In this document: positions 1 to 8,968 of the stretch, piece after piece
Numbering within the stretch: the first letter of the stretch is position 1
Layout of the letters: every line of letters begins with the position of its first letter
Origin: Patescibacteria group bacterium
Lineage (GTDB): Bacteria > Patescibacteriota > Patescibacteriia > Patescibacteriales > UBA12465
Direction: 5' to 3'
Assembly: GCA_023229115.1 (NCBI GenBank)
Contig: JALNZW010000002.1
Location: 17,513 to 81,512 of the forward strand
Length of the DNA stretch: 64,000 nucleotides
Program-made: the position numbers and the translations under genes
Notes under the pieces: generated by a model
Seen by the model: the letters and a program-made list of their open reading frames with translations, nothing else
Told to the model about the DNA's origin: nothing
Database searches by the model: none

Positions 1-608
1 AAAACGTTAGCATTTTGGAATCTGTTAGCTAAGAAAGCAACTTCATCCTCAATTAAACGATAGTTTGTACCATCGTAGTAATAAATACTATTTTCACCAG
101 ATTTCTTTACTAAAGAACCTACTGGAGTTTCGTTAGAAGCCAAAGGAGTTCCGATAGTATAGTTGGTGAAAAAAGAATCAGCTACGTCAATTACTCTTTG
201 TGCCCAGTTAGCACCGTATAAAGCAATAGCGTCAGCTTCTGTTTGTACCCATCTTAATGTGCCATTTGGTTCAACAGCATATACTTTTGGGTCTGTTGTA
301 ATTTTTACTAATTTTGTTCCAGGGCGAACTACAACGTTAGCTCCCAATGGGTAGCTAGCTAATTCATCAGCAGAAACAGTAACAACGCTCGAGAAGTCAC
401 TGTACCATGATTTAAATGTAGATTCGTTTGGAAATACGTATCTCTTTCCATCTTCACCTAGGTAGTAAACAGCTGAAAGACCATCTTTTTTGATTAAGTC
501 ACCAGCTTGTGCAGCAGCGTTAGCAACTGGAGCAACTAAAGCTCCACTCATAACAGCCACTGTCATTACCATAACGGCAGATGTAAAGATTTTTTTCAAT
601 CTTTTCAT
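1..608 (-). CDS. secreted repeat protein, C-terminal part cut off by window edge
   Basis: ATG at 608..606; reverse frame stays open to base 1 (absent from ORF track because it runs off the window). The N-terminus MKRLKKIFTSAVMVMTVAVMSGALVAPVANA looks like a signal peptide. The mature part starts a repeated unit (DLIKKDGLSAVYYLGEDGKRYVFPNE ... / SLVKKSGENSIYYYDGTNYRLIEDE). Confidence 0.6.
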   Translation of the reverse strand, partial: MKRLKKIFTSAVMVMTVAVMSGALVAPVANAAAQAGDLIKKDGLSAVYYLGEDGKRYVFPNESTFKSWYSDFSSVVTVSADELASYPLGANVVVRPGTKLVKITTDPKVYAVEPNGTLRWVQTEADAIALYGANWAQRVIDVADSFFTNYTIGTPLASNETPVGSLVKKSGENSIYYYDGTNYRLIEDEVAFLANRFQNANV

Positions 609-719
609 AACAATTTTGTAACATATTTCTAAATTTGTATATAAAGATACAATTATTTAGAAACAATTTTTAGTATTTCCACAAGAATTTTTATTACCTG
701 AAATTTTTGACCTCTAAAG

Positions 720-1010
720 ATCAAATGAATAAATCGATCAGGATCCCGCTCCCCCGCACACTCATAAAAACAAGTGAGATGTAGGGAAAAATTAATTTGC
801 TATAAGCATGAAACAGCAGGATAATTTTTCACAACTCCGACGCTAATTTTCATAAGCGTGCGGAGAAAAGCTTAACCGATCTATATAATTTAGATTTTGT
901 CGGCTAAATTTTTCAAGCTTTTTTTCTTCTTGCAGAAATATTTGGTTTTTAACATCCGCACCTTCCCCCTCGGGAATCGACCTTGCTGGCCACGGCGAAT
1001 CTCTACTAAT
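720..1010. other. GC-enriched, hairpin-rich intergenic block (possible unclassified structured RNA)
   Basis: Lies in a 460-bp ORF-free gap. C/G runs CCCGCTCCCCCGCACAC (745..761) and CCGCACCTTCCCCCTCGGG (956..973); local hairpins at 835..865 and 974..1001. Strand undetermined; I could not match RNase P, SRP, 6S or a riboswitch class. Confidence 0.3.
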
Positions 1011-1021
1011 AAATTAATAGG

Positions 1022-1058
1022 GATTGAAAGAAAGATAAAACTTACACTCCTCTCAATC
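1022..1058 (-). terminator. hairpin just downstream of the 1069..1947 gene
   Basis: On the minus strand GATTGAGAGGAG pairs with TCTTTCTTTCAATC (12 bp including 3 G-U), followed by a T-rich stretch; starts 11 nt after the stop codon. Confidence 0.4.
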
Positions 1059-1068
1059 GCTACTAAAA

Positions 1069-1947
1069 CTATTTAATCTCTTGTAATTTTAAAACAACCT
1101 CACTATATCTACCTTCATTAAATAATCTTTCAATTTCTTCAATTAAATCTTTTTTGTCTTTTTGTACTTCTTGATTATTTTCTAAATTTATCTGTTCACT
1201 CAATTCTTCAATTTGATCACCCAAGCTTTCAATTTCTAAACTTGTACTAGCAACATAATCCGTAGCTTCAACTGAAGTACTAGAAACAGAATCAGTCTCA
1301 TCAATTAAACTAGTGCTATTTAAAAAATTTTCTTCAGGAATACTAATATCAATTCCATTTTCATCTTTTAAATTACTAGCACTAAAAACTAAAGTGTCTT
1401 TTTGCTCTTCTATCTGTTTTTCCATTTCAGCTGTTTCTGTTTTTTTAACATTAACCCTCACCTTCTCAATCTCGCTTCTAAAGCTGGCCGACAACTTAGC
1501 AACCTCTTCTTTATTTTCTTCATTATTAAATTCAGGGTCCATCAATAAAGTAGCAATATCCTCGGCGTGTTTACTAGCGAACTCCATCTCTAATTTTTCT
1601 CTTTCAATATTATTAAAAACTGTATTCAGTCTAGCTCTCTCGCTAATAACTCTGGCAATATACAAAGAGTCATTTGGTTTAGAATCTTTGTAGAAATCGT
1701 TTCCTAAAAACAAAGAAGTCACTACAAATAAAAAAACACCGGATAAAACCATGGCCGGCTTAGAACTCATTGATAAGATATTTCTAAAATAAAAGAAAAA
1801 ATTATTAAAAGACTTAACTTCAAAATTATCTGAAATAGTATTAGAAATCTGAGTCATCAAAACTCTTTTGTTTGACTCTTTTAATTCTGAATCCATTTTA
1901 ATCGACTTCAGGGAATTAAGTTGTTTTAACAATTCTTTGTCAGTCAT
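1069..1947 (-). CDS. single-pass membrane protein, DUF5667-like (putative anti-sigma-type partner)
   Basis: 292 aa with one TM (PAMVLSGVFLFVVTSLFLG). After it comes PNDSLYIARVISERARL..EREKLEMEFASKHAEDIATLL, which resembles the DUF5667 pattern, then an acidic coiled-coil tail. Same strand and cluster as the sigma factor. Confidence 0.6.
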   Translation of the reverse strand: MTDKELLKQLNSLKSIKMDSELKESNKRVLMTQISNTISDNFEVKSFNNFFFYFRNILSMSSKPAMVLSGVFLFVVTSLFLGNDFYKDSKPNDSLYIARVISERARLNTVFNNIEREKLEMEFASKHAEDIATLLMDPEFNNEENKEEVAKLSASFRSEIEKVRVNVKKTETAEMEKQIEEQKDTLVFSASNLKDENGIDISIPEENFLNSTSLIDETDSVSSTSVEATDYVASTSLEIESLGDQIEELSEQINLENNQEVQKDKKDLIEEIERLFNEGRYSEVVLKLQEIK

Positions 1948-2059
1948 AAAATATATAAGGTTTTGTTTATTTTTAGCCTTACACTATAGTATACGTTTGA
2001 AAGTAGAAAAAGTTACAGTTAATATTCATATTGTTACTATTAATATTGCTCTTAATCAA

Positions 2060-2087
2060 CTTAAGTCCAGAAAATTCTGGACTTAAG
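2060..2087. promoter_or_regulatory. perfect 13+13 bp inverted repeat (operator-like)
   Basis: CTTAAGTCCAGAA-AA-TTCTGGACTTAAG. No flanking T-run, so not a terminator. On the minus strand it abuts a TTGATT -35-like hexamer upstream of the 1069..1947 gene. Confidence 0.5.
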
Positions 2088-2170
2088 TAGTGATAAGACT
2101 ACCACAGTAATAAGAATACAGCTACAATAAAAAAATAACAAGACAAACTAAAACAAATAAACATTCTAAC

Positions 2171-2201
2171 AAAAAAGAGAGGAATAAATCCTCTCTTTTT
2201 T
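2171..2201 (-). terminator. rho-independent terminator of the small pilin gene
   Basis: AGAGAGGA / TCCTCTCT 8-bp stem, 5-nt loop, with A-run and T-run on the two sides (bidirectional). Confidence 0.75.
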
Positions 2202-2215
2202 CGTATGAGATAAAA

Positions 2216-2674
2216 CTATTCAGCAACGTGAATAATTCCTCCTGGGGTTGCTTGCTTAAGACCAGCTTCTAAACCACCAGTTTGACCACCTAAACAAAAG
2301 TTGATTACATAAGATCCGTATCCAGAAGTACCAACTTGAGTTCCAGTTGCAACATAAGTATAGTTATTTTTAGTTCCGTCACAAACACCATCAGCTGGAG
2401 TTGGAGCAGTTGGAACAATGTTCATGTAAGTGATTCCATTGGTAGCAATAGTTCCTCCGGCTGTTACATTAGTTGTAAGAGGGTAGTATTGATTGTCATT
2501 AAAGTACAATTCCAATGCTGTTTGCATTTGACGAACGTCAGCGATTCTTTTTGCATCTCTAGCATTCTTTCTAGCTTGTTGTAAAGCAACAACAGCCAAA
2601 GTTGCCAAGATACCGATGATGGCAATAACCACCAATAACTCGATCAAGGTAAAACCTTTTTTCTTTGTGTTCAT
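2216..2674 (-). CDS. type IV pilin (candidate major pilin), 152 aa
   Basis: Canonical class III leader and N-terminal helix MNTKKKG|[28 protein letters not shown]. Short globular domain ending LKQATPGGI; own strong terminator. Confidence 0.85.
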   Translation of the reverse strand: MNTKKKGFTLIELLVVIAIIGILATLAVVALQQARKNARDAKRIADVRQMQTALELYFNDNQYYPLTTNVTAGGTIATNGITYMNIVPTAPTPADGVCDGTKNNYTYVATGTQVGTSGYGSYVINFCLGGQTGGLEAGLKQATPGGIIHVAE

Positions 2675-2817
2675 AATTTTTTAAAAGTTTCATTTGTTAT
2701 AAATTGCAAATACAAGTTATAATAAATGTTTAAATTATTTAAATTAAATTTTTAATAAACATCTACTTATATTAACAATCTAGCATAAATATTTAAAAGA
2801 CACAAGAACAATAAAAA

Positions 2818-3387
2818 TTATTTATTGTCCATCACATCTTTTAAAGCTTTTAAAGCTCGATGTAACAAAACTCTAATATTCATTTTCTTTTTTCCGGTAA
2901 TTTCAGCTATTTCATCTAAACTCAATTCATTAACATATCTCATAACAACAATTTCCCGATATTCATTTTTAATTTCCATCATTTTTTTTGATAAAATTTC
3001 ATAATCTATTTGAGTAGAAATTTCCAACTCAATATCAATGCTATCATCAACTACGTCTATTTTATTTTCCTCATCATCTAAAGAAACATTTTCCTGTCGG
3101 CTACTTCGATAGTGATCAATAATAACATTCCTAGTTATTTTATAAAGTAAAGCCCTAAGAGTTTCTTTGTTGGACAAAGAATTCTTTTGAATATATTCCC
3201 AAGTCTTCAAGAAAGACAAAGAACAAAGATCGTTAGCATCTTCTTTTTTACCAGTTTTAAAAAAAATAAAACGATAAATATCATCGGCATTTTTATCATA
3301 TAATTCTTCAAAAGCCTTTTGATCTTTATTTTTAATTCTTTCTTTTAACTTCTTATCTTGAAAATTTTCTATTATACTTAAGCTCAT
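2818..3387 (-). CDS. RNA polymerase sigma factor, sigma-70 family, ECF-like (regions 2 and 4)
   Basis: 189 aa. Region 2-like DDIYRFIFFKTGKKEDANDLCSLSFLKTWEYI; region 4 HTH LSLDEIAEITGKKKMNIRVLLHRALKALK. Confidence 0.85.
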   Translation of the reverse strand: MSLSIIENFQDKKLKERIKNKDQKAFEELYDKNADDIYRFIFFKTGKKEDANDLCSLSFLKTWEYIQKNSLSNKETLRALLYKITRNVIIDHYRSSRQENVSLDDEENKIDVVDDSIDIELEISTQIDYEILSKKMMEIKNEYREIVVMRYVNELSLDEIAEITGKKKMNIRVLLHRALKALKDVMDNK

Positions 3388-3468
3388 TTCGTCTTTATCT
3401 CAATAATAAATTAAACAAAAACATAGAGATTTAACCTCTTTTCTACCATGTTAGCATAGCATAAAGAG

Positions 3469-3502
3469 CAAAAAAATACAAACCACAAAAGTGATTTGTA
3501 TT
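3469..3502 (-). terminator. hairpin plus T-run after pyk
   Basis: AATACAAA / TTTGTATT stem with inner CAC/GTG; the A-run on the plus strand gives a T-run on the minus strand. Confidence 0.55.
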
Positions 3503-3519
3503 AAATATTTAATATTTCT

Positions 3520-4569
3520 CTATTTCTTATAAATAATATCAGAATCTTCAAAATAATTACGGTTATTGAAATATTCGTTAGTCTTATTTATAACCTTGGT
3601 CATAATTTTAACAGCATCTATTGGGAAAAGGCCAGCGGCTGTTTCATCGGAAAGCATCAAAGCGTCAGCTCCATCAAAGATAGCATTGGCTACATCGCTA
3701 ACCTCGGCTCTAGTTGGTCGATAATGGTCAACCATAGAGGCTAACATTTGAGTAGCTACAATAGCTGGCTTATTGTGCCAATGAGAATGTCTAATTAAAT
3801 TTTTCTGAATTATTGGTAAATCTTCCATGGGCATCTCTATTCCCAAGTCACCACGAGCAATCATGATAGCATCTGATTTTCTGATTATATTATCAATATC
3901 ATCTAAGGCCACAGCTCTTTCTATTTTAGGAACTATTTTAATCTCATCATTTCCTAATATTTTTTTTAATTCATCAATATCACTACTGTTTTGCACAAAA
4001 GAAATAGCTAAATAATCAGGTTTTACTTTTTTGGCAAATTCAATATCAAGCAAATCTTTGGCTGTTAAAATTGGACGATTTAAAACTGTCTGAGGAACAT
4101 TCATTCCTTTTCTAGATAAAAGAAGACCCCCTCTTTCTACCTTAGCTAAAAATTTACCATTAATCAGATCTAATTCTTTCACGGTTAATTCAATTGAGCC
4201 ACTATCTAAATAAATTGGATGGCCTATTTTTAAATCTTGAATAAGCTCAGCATCATCAATAGGCACCTCCATATTGTCAATATTTCCTTTTTGAAACATA
4301 AAAGCATATGTCTCTCCCTCAACCATAGTAATTTCGTGATCTAATTTGCCAACTCTAATTCTTGGTCCTTGTAAATCAAATAAAATCTTAACATCTATGC
4401 CCGTTTCTTCTCTAATTTTATCGATGGAGCCTTTTACTCGATAATACTGATCATAGCTAGCATGAGAAAAATTCAAACGAACCATATTGGCCCCAGCCAA
4501 AACCATGGCCTTCAAGATGCTATAATCCTCCGACTTTGGACCAACAGTAATAATTATTTTTGTATTCAT
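3520..4569 (-). CDS. pyk: pyruvate kinase, short form (349 aa)
   Basis: MNTKIIITVGPKS..NMVRLNFSHAS..DLQGPRIRVG..MIARGDLGIEMP..ATQMLASM match pyruvate kinase A/B-domain motifs. The protein ends right after the A domain. Confidence 0.85.
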   Translation of the reverse strand: MNTKIIITVGPKSEDYSILKAMVLAGANMVRLNFSHASYDQYYRVKGSIDKIREETGIDVKILFDLQGPRIRVGKLDHEITMVEGETYAFMFQKGNIDNMEVPIDDAELIQDLKIGHPIYLDSGSIELTVKELDLINGKFLAKVERGGLLLSRKGMNVPQTVLNRPILTAKDLLDIEFAKKVKPDYLAISFVQNSSDIDELKKILGNDEIKIVPKIERAVALDDIDNIIRKSDAIMIARGDLGIEMPMEDLPIIQKNLIRHSHWHNKPAIVATQMLASMVDHYRPTRAEVSDVANAIFDGADALMLSDETAAGLFPIDAVKIMTKVINKTNEYFNNRNYFEDSDIIYKK

Positions 4570-4598
4570 ATTTTTTATTTAAAATTAGTTTTTAATTT

Positions 4599-5495
4599 TT
4601 AAATCTTCATTTCACGCAAAGCTTCAATTCTTTCTTCAACTGGAGGGTGAGTCATAAAAGCTTTAGCTAAAAATCCTTTTTTCTTTTCTTTTAAAGGTGA
4701 AGAAATATATAAATGAGCTGTAGCCTTATTAACCGCCCTTAATTGATTGGGGTCATGTGCTATTTTTTCTAAGGCACTAGCCAAGCCCTCAGGATATCTA
4801 GTAATCAAAGCCCCATCGGCATCGGCCAAAAATTCTCTTTTGCGAGAAATAGCAAATTGCATTAAGTAGGCAAAAAGAGGAGCTAAAATCGATATCAAAA
4901 CTGCCAATAAAACAAAAACTAAATTTGCATTTTTATTATCACTATTTCTAGAGCTATTTCTATACAAAAAAGATCTGCTAAGCATGTCAGATATAATAAC
5001 TATTGTTCCCACTAAAATAGTGGTTAAAGTAGCTATTAATATGTCATAGTTTTTAATATGAGAAAGTTCGTGAGCAATAACACCTTCTAACTCACTTTTT
5101 TCTAATTTTTGAATTAAACCAGTAGTTAGGGCTATAACTGCTTTTTCAGGGTTTCTGCCGGTAGCAAAAGCATTGGGAGCAAGATCGTTGATTATATATA
5201 TCTTAGGAAGAGGCATACCAACACTAATACAAAGATTTTCTACTAAACGATATATTTCTTTATTATCTTCAAATTTCAATTCATGAGCGTTGCTCATTGA
5301 TAAAACAATTTTATCGCTAAACCAATAACTAAAAATAGCTGAAAAAAAACTAATAAAAGCAGCAATATACAAAATAATTGGATCTTCAAAAAATACCGAC
5401 AAAACATATCCAACGCCTATTACAAAAATTAAAAAAGCTGATAATAAAAACCAGGTCTTTCTTTTGTTGCTGTCACTATGATTGTATAAAGTCAT
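4599..5495 (-). CDS. htpX: M48-family zinc protease HtpX
   Basis: 298 aa, N-terminal TMs, HELSHIKNYD (HExxH) motif, typical HtpX C-terminus MTHPPVEERI. Confidence 0.9.
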   Translation of the reverse strand: MTLYNHSDSNKRKTWFLLSAFLIFVIGVGYVLSVFFEDPIILYIAAFISFFSAIFSYWFSDKIVLSMSNAHELKFEDNKEIYRLVENLCISVGMPLPKIYIINDLAPNAFATGRNPEKAVIALTTGLIQKLEKSELEGVIAHELSHIKNYDILIATLTTILVGTIVIISDMLSRSFLYRNSSRNSDNKNANLVFVLLAVLISILAPLFAYLMQFAISRKREFLADADGALITRYPEGLASALEKIAHDPNQLRAVNKATAHLYISSPLKEKKKGFLAKAFMTHPPVEERIEALREMKI

Positions 5496-5580
5496 AAATT
5501 GGCTTAAAAATTATTAAAGCCTTGAAAGCTCTAAGCAACAAGGCATAATAATCTATAAATTTTAACGCCAAGCAAAAAGC

Positions 5581-5754
5581 TTAGTCAAAAAAAGTTTTAT
5601 AAGCAAAAAGGCCAGCAATACCAGCCACCACTAAAATGCCAGCTACAATCCAAAACAAAGTCATACTATCGCTCCCACCTGTCATACTAGCTTGAGGAGC
5701 AAATTCAGTTCCTAAACCAGCAGCTGACGCTTCTTTAATGATAAAACTAAACAT
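5581..5754 (-). CDS. unannotated 57-aa small membrane protein
   Basis: Below the ORF-track size cutoff. ATG..TAA frame MFSFIIKEASAAGLGTEFAPQASMTGGSDSMTLFWIVAGILVVAGIAGLFAYKTFFD with a C-terminal TM. Fills the lemA-htpX gap on the same strand and is followed by hairpin GCCTTG..CAAGGC. Confidence 0.4.
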   Translation of the reverse strand: MFSFIIKEASAAGLGTEFAPQASMTGGSDSMTLFWIVAGILVVAGIAGLFAYKTFFD

Positions 5755-5777
5755 ATTTATATATAAAATTATAAATC

Positions 5778-6341
5778 TTAAAATTTTACTTGAACATTTT
5801 GTCTTTCAACTGCTTCTTCTATCTCAAAAAACTTTCGAGATGTAAAACCTAATTGTTTAGCAATTAAATTTGTTGGAAATACTTGTAATTTAGTATTGAA
5901 GTCTCGAACATTTGTATTGTAAAATCTTCTTGATGCTTGAATCTTGTTTTCAGTATCAGATAACTCTCTTTGTAATTCCAAAAAGTTCTGGTTAGCTTTT
6001 AAATCTGGATAATTTTCACTTAAAGCAAAGATTGATTTTAAGGTAGATGATAAAGCATTTTCAGCTTTTAATTTCTCTTCAACATTGTCTGTGTTTTGTA
6101 AAGACATAGCAGCTGATCTAGCTTGAACCACTTTTTCAAAGGTTTCTTTCTCATGAGCAGCATAACCCTTGACTGTTTCTATTAAATTAGGAATTAAATC
6201 ATATCTTCTTTTTAGTTGAACATCAATATCACTCCAAGCTTCTTCAACTCTATTTTTAAGGCGAATTAAGCCATTATACATTGAAATAAGAGCTAAAATT
6301 AAAATAGCTAAAATACCTAAAACTATCCACAAAGCAGTCAT
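5778..6341 (-). CDS. lemA: LemA family protein
   Basis: 187 aa, N-terminal TM then NGLIRLKNRVEEAWSDIDVQLKRRYDLIPNL..RRFYN, typical of LemA. Confidence 0.9.
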   Translation of the reverse strand: MTALWIVLGILAILILALISMYNGLIRLKNRVEEAWSDIDVQLKRRYDLIPNLIETVKGYAAHEKETFEKVVQARSAAMSLQNTDNVEEKLKAENALSSTLKSIFALSENYPDLKANQNFLELQRELSDTENKIQASRRFYNTNVRDFNTKLQVFPTNLIAKQLGFTSRKFFEIEEAVERQNVQVKF

Positions 6342-6438
6342 AAATTTGAAAACTTTAATTTTTTTAAAAAAATTAAAAATTTATTAATTATCAATTCACT
6401 AAAAATAGTATAGCAAAAAATGAAGAAAAAAACAAGAA

Positions 6439-7659
6439 CTATTTCTTAGTTATTCTCACCTGTTTTATAACTTTATTCTCAAGTTTTTCTACCACACAAA
6501 CAAACCTGTCATTTTCGATGGTTGTTCCTTCGGTTGGAATTTTTTTTATAGTCTCTAAAACAAAGTCAGCCACTGTTTCTAGATCATCTTCTGATAAAGT
6601 AATGTTTAAAAAACGATTAATATCACGACACTCAACCGCCCCAGAAACAACTATTTCATTTTTACCAATTCTTTTTATAAAATTATCATCAATATCATGC
6701 TCATCAACTATTTCACCCACCAACTCTTCGATAATATCTTCTAGGGTTATAATACCCTCTGTTCCGCCATATTCATCCATCACAACAGCAATATGTATTT
6801 TTCTTTTTTGAAATTCTTTTAAAACACTATTAATTAACATCTGTTTCGGTACAAATATTATTGGTCGAATTAATGACTTAACCATCTCGCCCTCTTTATT
6901 ATTCCTGAAGGCCAACAGAACATCTTGAGCATGCACAAAACCCAAAACCTTATCAATAGATTCTTCGATAACCAAACAACGAGTTATACCATATTTTTCA
7001 ATTTCAATAGCCGTTTTTTCAATAGAATCAACCTCCTTAACATAAACAACCTCGACCCGAGGAGTCATAATATCTTCAGCTGAAATATCGTTAAATTTAA
7101 AAAGTTTTTCAATCATCAAACCTTCATTTTTTTCAATTGTTCCTTGTTGAACTCCAGCCATAGCTAAAGCTTTTAATTCTTCTTCACTAATTTCTTCTAT
7201 TTTATGACTACCAACTAAAATATTAGTTATTTTTTCCATTAACCAAATGATTGGCAAGAAAAACTTTTTTAAAAAAGAAATAAAAGGAGCAAATTGACGA
7301 GACAACCAAGGGGCATGAGAAGAGGCAAAAGACTTGGGTACTATTTCACCAAAAATTAAAATAATTATAGTCATTATACCAGTGGTTAATCCAATAACAG
7401 CTGAATCAAAATATTTAGCAAAAATAACAGTAGCCAAAGAAGCGGCGGCAATATTAACAATATTATTACCAATCAAAACTGTTATAAGTAAAGATCTGGG
7501 ATTTTCTTTCAACTTTTTAACTGTAAGAGCATTTTTCTTCTTAGCTTCAATCATGGCTACAATTTTAGCCTCACTTAAGCTTAAAAAAACAACTTCAGCC
7601 GAAGAAAAAAAGGCTGATAAAACTACAAGAATAAGTAAAAACAGAAGATCAGGGTCCAT
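6439..7659 (-). CDS. CNNM/HlyC-CorC family transporter (DUF21 + CBS pair + CorC_HlyC)
   Basis: 406 aa; four N-terminal TMs, a CBS region (DIMTPR..), C-terminal GGTEGIITLEDIIEELVGEI. Confidence 0.85.
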   Translation of the reverse strand: MDPDLLFLLILVVLSAFFSSAEVVFLSLSEAKIVAMIEAKKKNALTVKKLKENPRSLLITVLIGNNIVNIAAASLATVIFAKYFDSAVIGLTTGIMTIIILIFGEIVPKSFASSHAPWLSRQFAPFISFLKKFFLPIIWLMEKITNILVGSHKIEEISEEELKALAMAGVQQGTIEKNEGLMIEKLFKFNDISAEDIMTPRVEVVYVKEVDSIEKTAIEIEKYGITRCLVIEESIDKVLGFVHAQDVLLAFRNNKEGEMVKSLIRPIIFVPKQMLINSVLKEFQKRKIHIAVVMDEYGGTEGIITLEDIIEELVGEIVDEHDIDDNFIKRIGKNEIVVSGAVECRDINRFLNITLSEDDLETVADFVLETIKKIPTEGTTIENDRFVCVVEKLENKVIKQVRITKK

Positions 7660-7708
7660 AATATTGGGTTTTAGATTAATACTTTAAAGTATTAAAGATA
7701 ATAAATAA

Positions 7709-8887
7709 TTATAAAGTCAATTTCTTAAAATTAGCACTTCTTAGGCCCTTTGGCAAGTAAGCTTGCCCTTCATCATTTTCTTCGGGAGTATATTTGTAAT
7801 CTTTGCCATAGCCAATGTCTTTCATTAATTTTGTTGGTGCATTTCTTAAATAAACTGGAACCGACAAAGAGCCACTTTGATTAATTTCCTCCATGGTTAA
7901 ATTATAAGCTTTATAAACAGCAATACTTTTTTTAGATTTAGCTAAATAAATAACAGCCTGAGCCAAAGCTAAACTACATTCGGGCAAGCCTATTTTAGCA
8001 CAAGCTTCAAAGGCTTGATTAGCAATCATTAAAGCACTATTATTGGCTAGTCCAATATCTTCACTGGCAAATCTAATAAGTCTTCTGGCAATATATAAAG
8101 GATCTTCACCAGACTCAATCATTCTAACCAGCCAATAAAGAGAAGCCTTGGCATCACTTCCTCTAATTGATTTATGTAAAGCCGAAATTAAATTATAATG
8201 TTCTTCACCATTTTTATCATAAAAAAGTTGTGGTTTGTTGGCCAGTTTTTTTATTAAATCTAAATCCACTTTTTCACCTGACTTAAAAACAGCTTCTACG
8301 ATATTTAAAGCTCGGCGAGCGTCACCAGCGCTTAAATTAGCTATTAGTCTTTTTTCTCGAGCACCCATTTCTAATTTAAGTTCTTTAACGGCTCTATTAA
8401 TAATTTTTAATAAATGCTCTTCCTCTAGATTTTCTAAAATCAAAACTTTTAATCTAGAGAGTAAAGCGGAATTAACTGAAAAACTAGGATTTTCAGTTGT
8501 AGCCCCAATAAGTATTAACAACCCGTTTTCAATATGAGGAAGAAGGGCGTCTTGCTGAGCTTTATTCCAACGATGAATTTCATCAATAAATAATATAGTT
8601 TTCTTTTTAAATCTTCTGTTTTCTTCAGCTCTAGTTATTATTTCTTTCAAATCTTTAATACCACTACTGACGGCTGAAAGTGAAATAAATTCTGTTTTGG
8701 TTTCTTTGGAAATAATATGAGCCAAAGTCGTCTTGCCGACACCAGGAGGTCCCCAAAAAATCAAAGAAGTCAGTTGATCTTTTTCAATCACTGATTTCAA
8801 CCAAGTGTTTGGTCCGGCTATTTTTTCTTGGCCAACAAAATCATTTAGTTTTTGAGGGCGAAGGATGTGAGCTAGAGGAATGTCCAT
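7709..8887 (-). CDS. rarA: replication-associated recombination protein A (AAA+ ATPase)
   Basis: FVGQEKI..LIFWGPPGVGKTTLAHII..LFIDEIHRWNKAQQDALLP and MgsA C-terminal region YDKNGEEHYNLISALHKSIRGSD. Confidence 0.9.
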   Translation of the reverse strand: MDIPLAHILRPQKLNDFVGQEKIAGPNTWLKSVIEKDQLTSLIFWGPPGVGKTTLAHIISKETKTEFISLSAVSSGIKDLKEIITRAEENRRFKKKTILFIDEIHRWNKAQQDALLPHIENGLLILIGATTENPSFSVNSALLSRLKVLILENLEEEHLLKIINRAVKELKLEMGAREKRLIANLSAGDARRALNIVEAVFKSGEKVDLDLIKKLANKPQLFYDKNGEEHYNLISALHKSIRGSDAKASLYWLVRMIESGEDPLYIARRLIRFASEDIGLANNSALMIANQAFEACAKIGLPECSLALAQAVIYLAKSKKSIAVYKAYNLTMEEINQSGSLSVPVYLRNAPTKLMKDIGYGKDYKYTPEENDEGQAYLPKGLRSANFKKLTL

Positions 8888-8921
8888 ATAATATAATTAT
8901 AGCAAATTTATCAGTCAAAAC

Positions 8922-8946
8922 AAAAAAGACCGAAAAGGTCTTTTTT
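8922..8946 (-). terminator. terminator after the 717-aa pilin gene
   Basis: AAAAAGACC-GAAAA-GGTCTTTTT hairpin with A/T runs on both sides. Confidence 0.75.
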
Positions 8947-8968
8947 GAGAAGTAATTAAATATAAAAC

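Noticed and set aside
835-865. Partial resemblance to the 3' part of the ydaO (c-di-AMP) riboswitch (CCGACGCTAA..CATAAGCGT versus CCGACAGCUAACCUCGUAAGCGU)
   Set aside because: The required 5' partner (ACGCTTA P1 strand, GGGGGACCCA element) is absent. The match lies on the plus strand, where no gene follows. The segment is a simple palindromic hairpin.
1313-1693. Antisense and overlapping ORFs throughout the track (for example 163..354, 1313..1693, 2336..2584, 6518..6811, 7334..7687, 8235..8537, 10015..10197, 24752..24964, 57364..57588, 60446..60721)
   Set aside because: They are shadow frames inside strongly supported genes. Their Ser/Leu/Ile/Phe-rich low-complexity products are typical of AT-rich antisense or out-of-frame reading.
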